Part shown: piece by piece, positions 46,943 to 55,075 of the stretch
Numbering within the stretch: the first letter of the stretch is position 1
Layout: each line of letters starts with the position of its first letter
Source of the DNA: Balneola sp.
Lineage (GTDB): Bacteria; Bacteroidota; Rhodothermia; Balneolales; Balneolaceae
Assembly (NCBI GenBank): GCA_965215865.1
Contig: OZ244125.1
Span: 2,525,093-2,589,092 of the forward strand
Reading direction: 5' to 3'
DNA length: 64,000 nucleotides
The notes under the pieces: model-generated
Told to the model about the DNA's origin: nothing
Database searches by the model: none
The model's input: the letters and a program-made list of their open reading frames with translations, nothing else
Program-made: the position numbers and the translations under genes

Positions 46943-47638
46943 CTACGAATTTTCTGTGTGATATTGTACCGTTTTATATCGATGAACTACATCGTATATC
47001 CAAAACGCCAATGCAATAAATCCTATAAACGCCGGATATAAAACAAAGCGTAATTCAGGCGCTGTAATTTCACTAAAGGCCGGATTTCCTTCTGCTCCGG
47101 GATGCAGGCTTTCCAGTTGGCGCGGAACCACATACAGCAAAAAGGGAATCGTTGTAACTGCGAAAATATTATACACTGCTGAAAGCTTAGCTCGCTTTTG
47201 TTCGTCGTCGAATGCAGAACGGAGTACGAAGTACGCGTAATAGATCATTACTGCCAAGGCCGCCAAATTCATTTTAGGTTCTGCAAACGTCCACCAAGTT
47301 CCCCAGGTAAAGCGAGCCCACAGTGAACCGGTGAGCAGACCACAGATTCCGAAAACCACTCCTACTTTAGCTGCAGATTCCGCTTTAATATCGAAACTAA
47401 TATTCGGGGTATTCAGATATCGGATGCTGTAGTAAAAACTAATTGTAAACATCGAAAACATTGCCATCCACATAGGAACATGGAAGAACAAATTCCGGGC
47501 AGTTTGCTCAAGAATGGGAATTTGAGGGATACTGATCAGGATTCCTGCAGCGATCACTCCGGTCATTCCAAGTGCAACAATATATTTCCAGATCTTCAAG
47601 GTGAGTGCTCTTTTCTTATTTAATTTTTTGAAGCCCAA
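46943..47638 (-). CDS. ccmC: Heme exporter protein CcmC-like (CcsA/CcmC family)
   Basis: 6 TM helices. Trp-rich loop WARFTWGTWWTFAEPK. Candidate heme-ligand histidines (FFHVPMW, SLHPGAEG). Apparent TTG start. Confidence 0.8.
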   Translation of the reverse strand: MGFKKLNKKRALTLKIWKYIVALGMTGVIAAGILISIPQIPILEQTARNLFFHVPMWMAMFSMFTISFYYSIRYLNTPNISFDIKAESAAKVGVVFGICGLLTGSLWARFTWGTWWTFAEPKMNLAALAVMIYYAYFVLRSAFDDEQKRAKLSAVYNIFAVTTIPFLLYVVPRQLESLHPGAEGNPAFSEITAPELRFVLYPAFIGFIALAFWIYDVVHRYKTVQYHTENS

Positions 47639-47690
47639 ATATACGAAGATGAGAACTTTGATGAGGACTTTTTACTAATGTTTTCGAATG

Positions 47691-47744
47691 AATAAAGAAA
47701 AAGCTATTAGCAGTTAGCTGACAGCTATTAGCTTTTTCTTTATT
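47691..47744. repeat. 54-bp palindromic element containing the gctattagc motif
   Basis: aataaagaaaaagc...gctttttctttatt is a 14-bp perfect outer stem, and the inner region belongs to the gctattagc family. It is followed by direct repeats ttcaatattca at 47751-47761 and 47779-47789. Confidence 0.7.
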
Positions 47745-47860
47745 CTTCTATTCAATATTCATCATTCCTTGTTCATTATTCAATATTCACTTGTTCTTCT
47801 CCTCGATGTTCTTCAATTCCTTTGTTATTTTGGTAATCAAAAATATATCTGAATAAACTG

Positions 47861-48379
47861 ATGTCCAATCCTGAAAAATCCATCGTCCTCACCCCCTCCC
47901 GTAAAAATTATTTTTGGGCATATCTGATCGGTGTGCTATTGATCCCTCTTTTGATTGGAATTGTTGTGATATGGTTCATCAACAGGAAAAGAAATTGCAT
48001 ACAATATAGAATCACGGATACTTCTATTTCAAAAGTTGTAGGAGAAGACAAAACTGAATTAGAACTGGTCAATATTCTCGAAACTTCTGTTTCACAAACC
48101 GGACTTCAAAAGCTACTGGGAATAGGTGAGATCAAACTTAAGGCGAATGTAAGCGAACTGATCCTTAAAGGAATTGAGGACCCTGAAAGCTTTCTTGAAA
48201 AAATTGATACAGCCATTGCTTATCAAAAAGAACAGCTTAAAGCTTCTGAAAAGATAAAACCACGAAAGCCCACTCATGACCCGGGCACACTCGAAAAACT
48301 GGATTATCTAACCGGACTTTGGCAGCAGGGATTGATAAGTGATGAAGACTATGATCAGGAACGAAAGAAGTTTTCTTAG
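47861..48379 (+). CDS. Membrane PH-domain (bPH_2/YdbS-like) protein with a C-terminal SHOCT domain
   Basis: N-terminal TM hairpin (YFWAYLIGVLLIPLLIGIVVIWF). C-terminal LTGLWQQGLISDEDYDQERKKF is the SHOCT signature. Confidence 0.6.
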   Translation: MSNPEKSIVLTPSRKNYFWAYLIGVLLIPLLIGIVVIWFINRKRNCIQYRITDTSISKVVGEDKTELELVNILETSVSQTGLQKLLGIGEIKLKANVSELILKGIEDPESFLEKIDTAIAYQKEQLKASEKIKPRKPTHDPGTLEKLDYLTGLWQQGLISDEDYDQERKKFS

Positions 48380-48445
48380 TTCTTTTTAAATCCCTTTTAC
48401 AAAAAGAAACCGTTTCTTATCTCCGTACAATAATAACGGAGTATA

Positions 48446-50806
48446 ATGAACAAACTAACATCTTTCTCTTTCCTTTTACTACTGATCAGCTTTTCCTTGA
48501 ACAGCTTTTCTTTTGCACAAAATCAAAAAGCGAATTTTGAGCTTGCCGAACGCTTTACTACTCAGAAGATGCAAAAAATGGTGGGAAGCACTTCAGTATT
48601 TCCACGCTGGATCGAAGACACCAATAACTTTTGGTACACTTACGAAAATTCCGAAGGTAAAAACTGGTATTTCGTTAATGCTGAACGAGGAAATAAGCGT
48701 CTGCTTTTCGACCAGGAAGAAATGGCAGCTCAATTATCTGAAAGTTTCAGCAGAACTTTTAATGCCAAAGATCTGGACCTGAAAGGCTTCGATTATGACA
48801 CCGATCGCGAGCTGTTCACTTTCCATGTAGACAGTATCGAATTCACTTATAACTTGAACGGCAATCGTTTGATCCGTGGAGATTCTCTGGAAAAAGATGA
48901 GCGCGAAAACTGGAGATCGTATTCGCCCGATAGTTCCTATGTGGTTTTTGCAAAGCATCATAATCTGTTCATTATGGGTAAAGATGATCATGACAGCACA
49001 GCAACTCAGATCACCGAAGACGGAGAACGCTGGTTCAGTTATCAATTTAGTGATGGTGACACTTCCAAAACTGAAAAGCATCGAGCACGTGTAAATTGGT
49101 TTGAAGACAGTAAGAAATTTTGGGTTAAACGACAGGATAAACGTAAAGTTGATGATCTTTGGGTGATCAATTCGTTAAAAAAACGTCCTGAGCTGGAAAC
49201 CTATAAATACCCAATGCCGGGAGAAGAAGATATTTACGTAGATGAGATCAAAGTCTTTGATCCTGCCACGACTGAGCACGTAACTTTAGATACAGACAAA
49301 TGGGAAGATCAATCTTTGGGAGGAGCATACTTCAATCAAGGTGGTATTTTTGAAACTGACAGATCTGATTTTCTTTACATCCTTCGTCGTGACAGAACCT
49401 GGAGTAAAATTGATGTATTAAAAGCGAATACATCAACAGGAGAAGTTGAAATTCTGTTTTCAGAAGAAAGTAAGCCTTATTTCAATACGCGATTTGCTCG
49501 TTTAGCGATCATCAATGAAGGAGAAGAATATATCTGGTGGAGTGAGCGTACCGGATGGGGACAATTATACAGATACGACAGCGATGGAAATCTGAAAAAC
49601 AAGATCACATCAGGTGCATGGGTTGTAGGTAATGTTGTTAAAATTGATACAGCGCAATCCAGACTGTTTTTTGAAGGATATGGTAGAGAAGAAGGACAAA
49701 ACCCTTATTACTCAAATCTCTATAGTGTAAAATTTGACGGCTCCGGATTTTCTCATCTCACTCCTGAAGACGCTACACATTCCATCAATGCTTCGGATGA
49801 AGGAAATTACTTTGTAGATAATTATTCCAGAGTAGACCTGCCTACCAAGTCTGTATTAAGAGACGGCTCAGGTAAAGTGATTACGACTTTACAGGAAGCT
49901 GATATTTCACAGATGGTTGAGCAAGGCTGGAAAGCCCCGGAATCATTCAAAGTTAAAGCAGCAGATGGAGCAACTGATATTTACGGAGTGATGTGGAAAC
50001 CATTCGATTTCGATTCTACAAAAACTTATCCGGTTATTTCTTATGTGTATCCGGGACCTCAAACAGAACCTTTTCCGGCTAACTTTACGATCGGAGGTTC
50101 CAGAGCACGAACCACAACCTTAGCTCAAGTTGGGTTTATCGTTGTTGCGATGGGTAATCGTGGAGGAAGTCCTATTCGTTCTAAATATTATCATAATTAC
50201 GGATATGGCGATATGCGAGATTATCCGTTAGCTGATAACAAATATGGAATCGAGCAACTAGCCGGCAAACATTCTTTCATTGATGCGAGCAAAGTTGGAA
50301 CCTACGGTCATTCCGGTGGTGGATTCATGAGTACAGCTCTTTTGCTTACTTATCCGGACTTTTATGATGTAGCGGTTTCTTCAGCCGGAAATCACGACAA
50401 CAACATTTATAACATTTGGTGGGGCGAAGTTCACAACGGAGTAAAAGAGAAGAAGAAAACCGTTACCAAAATGAATGATGACAGTACTAAAACAAAGGAA
50501 GAAGTCATTACTTTTGATGCTCCTGTGGAAACCAATATCGAGCTAGCTAAGAACCTTAAAGGAAAGTTATTACTTGTTCACGGTGATATGGATAACAATG
50601 TTCATCCTGCGAATACAACCCGGTTGGTTAATGCACTCATCAAAGAAGGAAAGCGTTTTGATATGATGATGTTACCGGGACGCAGACATGGTTTCGGACC
50701 AATGCAACCATATTTCGATCGCATGAGCTGGTATTATTTTGCTGAGCATTTGCTTGGTGATTACCGAACGAATGTGGAATTTAATTTACCTGCAGATGAG
50801 GATTGA
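48446..50806 (+). CDS. S9 family serine peptidase, dipeptidyl-peptidase IV type
   Basis: Signal peptide, a DPP-IV N-terminal propeller region, and a catalytic domain with GHSGGG, a later D (HGDMDNNV) and H (RRHGF). Confidence 0.88.
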   Translation: MNKLTSFSFLLLLISFSLNSFSFAQNQKANFELAERFTTQKMQKMVGSTSVFPRWIEDTNNFWYTYENSEGKNWYFVNAERGNKRLLFDQEEMAAQLSESFSRTFNAKDLDLKGFDYDTDRELFTFHVDSIEFTYNLNGNRLIRGDSLEKDERENWRSYSPDSSYVVFAKHHNLFIMGKDDHDSTATQITEDGERWFSYQFSDGDTSKTEKHRARVNWFEDSKKFWVKRQDKRKVDDLWVINSLKKRPELETYKYPMPGEEDIYVDEIKVFDPATTEHVTLDTDKWEDQSLGGAYFNQGGIFETDRSDFLYILRRDRTWSKIDVLKANTSTGEVEILFSEESKPYFNTRFARLAIINEGEEYIWWSERTGWGQLYRYDSDGNLKNKITSGAWVVGNVVKIDTAQSRLFFEGYGREEGQNPYYSNLYSVKFDGSGFSHLTPEDATHSINASDEGNYFVDNYSRVDLPTKSVLRDGSGKVITTLQEADISQMVEQGWKAPESFKVKAADGATDIYGVMWKPFDFDSTKTYPVISYVYPGPQTEPFPANFTIGGSRARTTTLAQVGFIVVAMGNRGGSPIRSKYYHNYGYGDMRDYPLADNKYGIEQLAGKHSFIDASKVGTYGHSGGGFMSTALLLTYPDFYDVAVSSAGNHDNNIYNIWWGEVHNGVKEKKKTVTKMNDDSTKTKEEVITFDAPVETNIELAKNLKGKLLLVHGDMDNNVHPANTTRLVNALIKEGKRFDMMMLPGRRHGFGPMQPYFDRMSWYYFAEHLLGDYRTNVEFNLPADED

Positions 50807-50826
50807 TTTAATATAAAACCAATCAA

Positions 50827-50865
50827 TAGGGACGTATGGCGATACGTCCCTACCTTTTTTGTTTT
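50827..50865 (+). terminator. Rho-independent terminator
   Basis: tagggacgtat-ggcg-atacgtcccta (11-bp stem) followed by ccttttttgtttt. Confidence 0.75.
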
Positions 50866-50956
50866 GGATTAACTTCCATCAGAACAGCTACTTCTCTTAC
50901 AGAAGGAACTCTTTCTTCTTCTTTCCATTTCTTACTGAGCGCAAGATCTTACGACT

Positions 50957-52279
50957 TTACTTTTTAACCAGTTTCTGAGATGACATATTCTGAAATGCTT
51001 TTTCCTGTTTTGTAACTGAGATCGTCCAAACAGCCCCTGCAATCAGCATCACTCCACCATAAATCATGATCAGTGGTTTTACAGAAATCAAATCCAGTTC
51101 CAAACAAGCTGCTGCCACCATCACGGAAAAGGAATTGGCTACAGTAAACAGCAACCATTCTGTACTGAATATCCTACCTCGAAATGTATCAGTTGTTCTT
51201 TTTTGAAGCAGAATAGTACTCATCACCCAATTGGCACCCGAGGCTGAATGAGCCAAAAATACAAACAAGATCATCACCAAAATGCTTGTACTCCATCCTA
51301 CTACCATATACATCAAACCCGTAGTTAAAATGCTGAAGCCCATCACCATTACCCAGTCTTTCTGATCTTTGAATAGTCTTCTTCCAATAACAGGTCCAAC
51401 TCCCGTTCCAATCCCTCGGGCGGCATAAAGTAATCCTAATCCGATACTACCCATTTTCAATACATCTTCACTAACTATAATGAGTAAATAAACTAATCCA
51501 CCCAGAAACATAGTTGAAGTTCCTTTTGCAATACTCGGCCTTAGAATGTGTTTGTTAGAAAATAAATACTGAGCGCCTTCTTTTATTCCGACAAAAGGAT
51601 TTCTGGTTCTGAGTTTTTCTTCAGCAGTTTGTTCAGTTTGAGGAATAACCGCCCTGTACAAAAACCAAGCTGAAATGATGTAACTAAATGCATCCAGAAT
51701 AAATACCATATCCGTTCCCAACCATTCCGTTGCAAATCCTCCTATTGCCATTCCTGTGGTAAATATAAAGCTCCATGTGGCAGTCGAGATCACATTGGCA
51801 TCAACCAGTTGTTCCGGGGTTGTAACATTCGGGATTGAAGAAGTTTTGGCTGGTTCAAATAGAGCAGAAAGCATCATTTGTACTGAAGTAAGGGCAAAAG
51901 CAATCCAAAGTGTTTCCGGAGATCGAACAAGTAAAATCCCCAACAAAGACGCCGCCCTGGCAAAATCACAAAAAAGCATCAACTTTCTGCGATTGAATCG
52001 ATCTGCTAAATAACCGGCAAATGGGGAAAAGAATGCCAGACTCAACATCTTAACTACGATGATCAATCCAAGAAGCAGTTCTGAATCTGAATATTTGGCA
52101 ATGAGTGCGTAAAGGGCAAGAAGTCCAAACCAATCTCCGAAATTAGAAACCGCCTGACTCAACCACAGCAGCCTGTAGTTTCTGTTTTCCTTTATTAAAC
52201 GGATGTATGGTTGTAAGCTTTTCAAAAAATCGCTTTGAAGGTATCTGAGTTTGTACAACCAAATGTAGCTATTACCCAC
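50957..52279 (-). CDS. MFS transporter
   Basis: About 12 TM helices. N-terminal NRNYRLLWLSQAVSNFGDWF and GYLADRFNRRK loop motif. Apparent GTG start. Confidence 0.85.
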   Translation of the reverse strand: MGNSYIWLYKLRYLQSDFLKSLQPYIRLIKENRNYRLLWLSQAVSNFGDWFGLLALYALIAKYSDSELLLGLIIVVKMLSLAFFSPFAGYLADRFNRRKLMLFCDFARAASLLGILLVRSPETLWIAFALTSVQMMLSALFEPAKTSSIPNVTTPEQLVDANVISTATWSFIFTTGMAIGGFATEWLGTDMVFILDAFSYIISAWFLYRAVIPQTEQTAEEKLRTRNPFVGIKEGAQYLFSNKHILRPSIAKGTSTMFLGGLVYLLIIVSEDVLKMGSIGLGLLYAARGIGTGVGPVIGRRLFKDQKDWVMVMGFSILTTGLMYMVVGWSTSILVMILFVFLAHSASGANWVMSTILLQKRTTDTFRGRIFSTEWLLFTVANSFSVMVAAACLELDLISVKPLIMIYGGVMLIAGAVWTISVTKQEKAFQNMSSQKLVKK

Positions 52280-52334
52280 TCAAAATAGTCATTGACACTT
52301 TGAATGAGGTTGATAGAGTAATATGAAATTCGTT

Positions 52335-53219
52335 TTACTGCTTATCAAAAGCCAAAACAGCGTTCAGGATTAGTTGAACGGAAGATTTATAGAATTCCTG
52401 GGGAATCGTTTCAAATTCATCGCTTGCCTTATGATAGTTTTCATGGTCTTCCACTCCGAAATATACAAACGGAACTCCTTTACTATGAAATGGACCATGG
52501 TCGGAGGAAAAAGTCCAATCGTTATAACCCAAATCCGGAGTGTCATGTCCGAATAACAATTTTAATCCTGCTGTATCTATGGATTCCAGTACAGGCTTTG
52601 TATCAGGATAATGATGAGTGCCGGCTGCATAAATTTCGCTGCTATCATTTTGGCTTATCATATCCATGTTGATATTCAGCTTTACCATACTCAAAAGAGC
52701 AGAATCTTCTACAAATGCTCTGGCTCCTTGTAAGCCCATTTCTTCCGCATCAAAAGCTGCAAAAATAAGTGTATGATTTGGTTGTTCTTTTGCAAAATAG
52801 TCTGCCATTGCCAACAACGCAGCTGTTCCGGATGCATCATCATCAGCACCATTAAAAATCAGCGAATCATTTCTTCCTAAATGATCATAATGTGCTGTTA
52901 TAACGATCATTGAATCCGTTTTCCCCTCAACTTTTGCAATAACATTTATTCCTGTCATTTCTTCCTGAGTCCGGCGACTTTCAAAAGTAAATTCATGGGT
53001 ATAAGAATCCTGAAACGGTTCAGTTCCTTCTTCCTGAAAACGAGTTATTAAATATTCACGAGCAATTCTATTTCCCTCTGTTCCGGTCCTTCTTCCTTCT
53101 GTAGCGTCAGAAGAAATAAATCGAAGATCTTCGATAAGTTGTACGGTATCTAATTCTGTACTTTGTTTCGGAGAACAAGCAAGAATAGGAAATAGGAGTA
53201 AAAAGAATAGTTTTTTCAT
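52335..53219 (-). CDS. M28 family zinc aminopeptidase, lipoprotein
   Basis: Lipobox ILAC. AHYDHLG, GADDDASGTAALL, FAAFDAEEMGLQGA, and SDH near the C-terminus. Confidence 0.88.
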   Translation of the reverse strand: MKKLFFLLLFPILACSPKQSTELDTVQLIEDLRFISSDATEGRRTGTEGNRIAREYLITRFQEEGTEPFQDSYTHEFTFESRRTQEEMTGINVIAKVEGKTDSMIVITAHYDHLGRNDSLIFNGADDDASGTAALLAMADYFAKEQPNHTLIFAAFDAEEMGLQGARAFVEDSALLSMVKLNINMDMISQNDSSEIYAAGTHHYPDTKPVLESIDTAGLKLLFGHDTPDLGYNDWTFSSDHGPFHSKGVPFVYFGVEDHENYHKASDEFETIPQEFYKSSVQLILNAVLAFDKQ

Positions 53220-53310
53220 GAATTGATTGCTTTAATATTGAAAAAGAAGATTGAGTTAAATCTTGCTCAAAGCAATCAAAAAAAACTAGTTTTACAAAAA
53301 AGTGAAAGCG

Positions 53311-54288
53311 TCAGGTTACTGAACTGCTTTCTTCATTTGCTTTTCGTTTAACACGATTATAGAGTGAAATATCTGAATTTGTGATAAATTTATAAAGTAC
53401 TTTACTCCAGGAATTGTGAGAATAAAGCGACTCGTAAAACTCAGGTGCCATCTTTTTTAACTTTGGAAGTCTGGAGCCGGGTATGTAAGGGAAATCGTGG
53501 TGTTCATTATGATAACCCACGTTAAAACCTAATTTATTTAATGGGCCGTAGTAAGAGTAAGTTTCTTGACCTTCTTCAAAAACATAATGCTCGGATATAA
53601 AATGACCTGCCATAGGATGAATACTACCTGCCAGAAAAAATGATAAAAGTAAATAATACAATGCACCAAATCCGGCAAAATAAATATAGACTGAAATTGC
53701 TACTACCTGAAACAACAAATTCGTTACAAGCCACTTATTCATTTTCAGTGGGTGTACAAGTAATGGTCTTAATCCATACATAAAGATCTGATTTGCTGCC
53801 CAAATAAATTTTCCAATTAAGCCTTTAAAAAATCCGGCCTCTACATTCGAAGGCAAATCTGTATCATGATGTTCATGTCCTTGCTCACTGTGATGCATCA
53901 AGTGATATGCTCTGAATGACATCGCATATGGAAAAACAATTGGTATGTTTGCAATTATGCTGAGCCAGTTATTGTACGACTTTTTTTTGAAAGCTAAGTT
54001 ATGTGCCAACTCATGCACTGCAAGAAAAAGTGAATGTGTAAGTGTTGCACCAACTATATAACTAATCAAAATAAACAGAGACCAGTGAAGTTGGAATACA
54101 AATGGGGCTGTGACAAGTTGGAATAATACAAGCCCTGTTACTTTATATTTCAGAAAAGGATCAATCCCATATAGTTTCCGAACTTCCGGATATTTTTTTA
54201 AAATCTGCTTTCGACGGCTTAAATGTGGTTCTGGTTTATCAGACCAATAAAAATCATCTGCAGCCCTACTATTATTCGAAATCACCAA
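53311..54288 (-). CDS. Sphingolipid delta4-desaturase (DEGS/Des1-like) fatty-acid desaturase family protein
   Basis: N-terminal Lipid_DES-like DFYWSDKPEPHLSRRKQILKKYPEV. His boxes HELAHN, HLMHH and HNEHHDFP. YSYYGPLN..FNVGYHNEHHDFP is collinear with animal DEGS1 as I recall it. The start is TTG or GTG. Confidence 0.85.
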   Translation of the reverse strand: MVISNNSRAADDFYWSDKPEPHLSRRKQILKKYPEVRKLYGIDPFLKYKVTGLVLFQLVTAPFVFQLHWSLFILISYIVGATLTHSLFLAVHELAHNLAFKKKSYNNWLSIIANIPIVFPYAMSFRAYHLMHHSEQGHEHHDTDLPSNVEAGFFKGLIGKFIWAANQIFMYGLRPLLVHPLKMNKWLVTNLLFQVVAISVYIYFAGFGALYYLLLSFFLAGSIHPMAGHFISEHYVFEEGQETYSYYGPLNKLGFNVGYHNEHHDFPYIPGSRLPKLKKMAPEFYESLYSHNSWSKVLYKFITNSDISLYNRVKRKANEESSSVT

Positions 54289-54462
54289 ACATCCTTTATT
54301 TTTTGTATTAAGTAATTAAAAGTATCATTTAATAATGATAAAACTAAATGAACCATATGTAATGTTCGTATTGAGAAGACAATTACAAAGGTGCCCAATT
54401 TACCGAGCGCCTTTTATCCCTTTTAACCGGCTTTTTTGAACACTATCCTGAAGATTAAACTT

Positions 54463-54494
54463 CAAAAAACCCCCGATCAAATCACTGATCGAGG
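54463..54494 (-). terminator. Rho-independent terminator (minus strand)
   Basis: On the minus strand: cctcgatca-gtgattt-gatcgggg followed by gtttttt. Confidence 0.65.
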
Positions 54495-54624
54495 TTTGTG
54501 GTTAATTTTCTAAAATTTTTAAAAAACAGATATACTACTCATTTCCCTTTTTCTAGCTTTCTAAATAACTTTACTCTGTAGAAGAGGTTAGCATCAATTT
54601 TGATTAAGAAATTTCATTTCAGAC

Positions 54625-54855
54625 TTAGAAAAAAAAAGCATTTTTAAGGCAATCGATAAGTTTTTGTTTCATACCAGAATCCATTTTTTGTGTTTTCTGT
54701 AATTCTGTTTTTCTATTTATATAGCAAGTTTGACAAGCAAGCATGGTTTTACTCTGATCTTCCAGATTTCTGAGTACGACTTTATAATTACCAATCGGTC
54801 GCTCTAAGCCCTCTTCTGAACTGCAATAGGAACAATATCTGGTAATTACTTTCAT
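54625..54855 (-). CDS. Small zinc-ribbon-like hypothetical protein
   Basis: 76 aa with a CSYC...CQTC pair of CxxC motifs. Lies between two minus-strand terminators. Confidence 0.45.
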   Translation of the reverse strand: MKVITRYCSYCSSEEGLERPIGNYKVVLRNLEDQSKTMLACQTCYINRKTELQKTQKMDSGMKQKLIDCLKNAFFF

Positions 54856-55020
54856 TAATTAATTGACTTTATTTTTATTTTGGCTTGGGTGGACCTTAAG
54901 CCAAATAGAAAGTTCAATTTTTATGTATAGAAATCAATAGGAAGGAGTGCTCAATTATCTAGGTAGAAGTACCTACTTGGTAGCCTATTCTCAAATACTG
55001 CAATTATTGAAATAAAAAGT

Positions 55021-55052
55021 CAAAAAAACCCCAATCAAGTCAATGATTGGGG
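55021..55052 (-). terminator. Rho-independent terminator of the giant surface-protein gene
   Basis: On the minus strand: ccccaatca-ttgact-tgattgggg followed by ttttttt, about 25 nt after the stop codon. Confidence 0.8.
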
Positions 55053-55075
55053 TTAGAATTTTTATTTAATATAAC

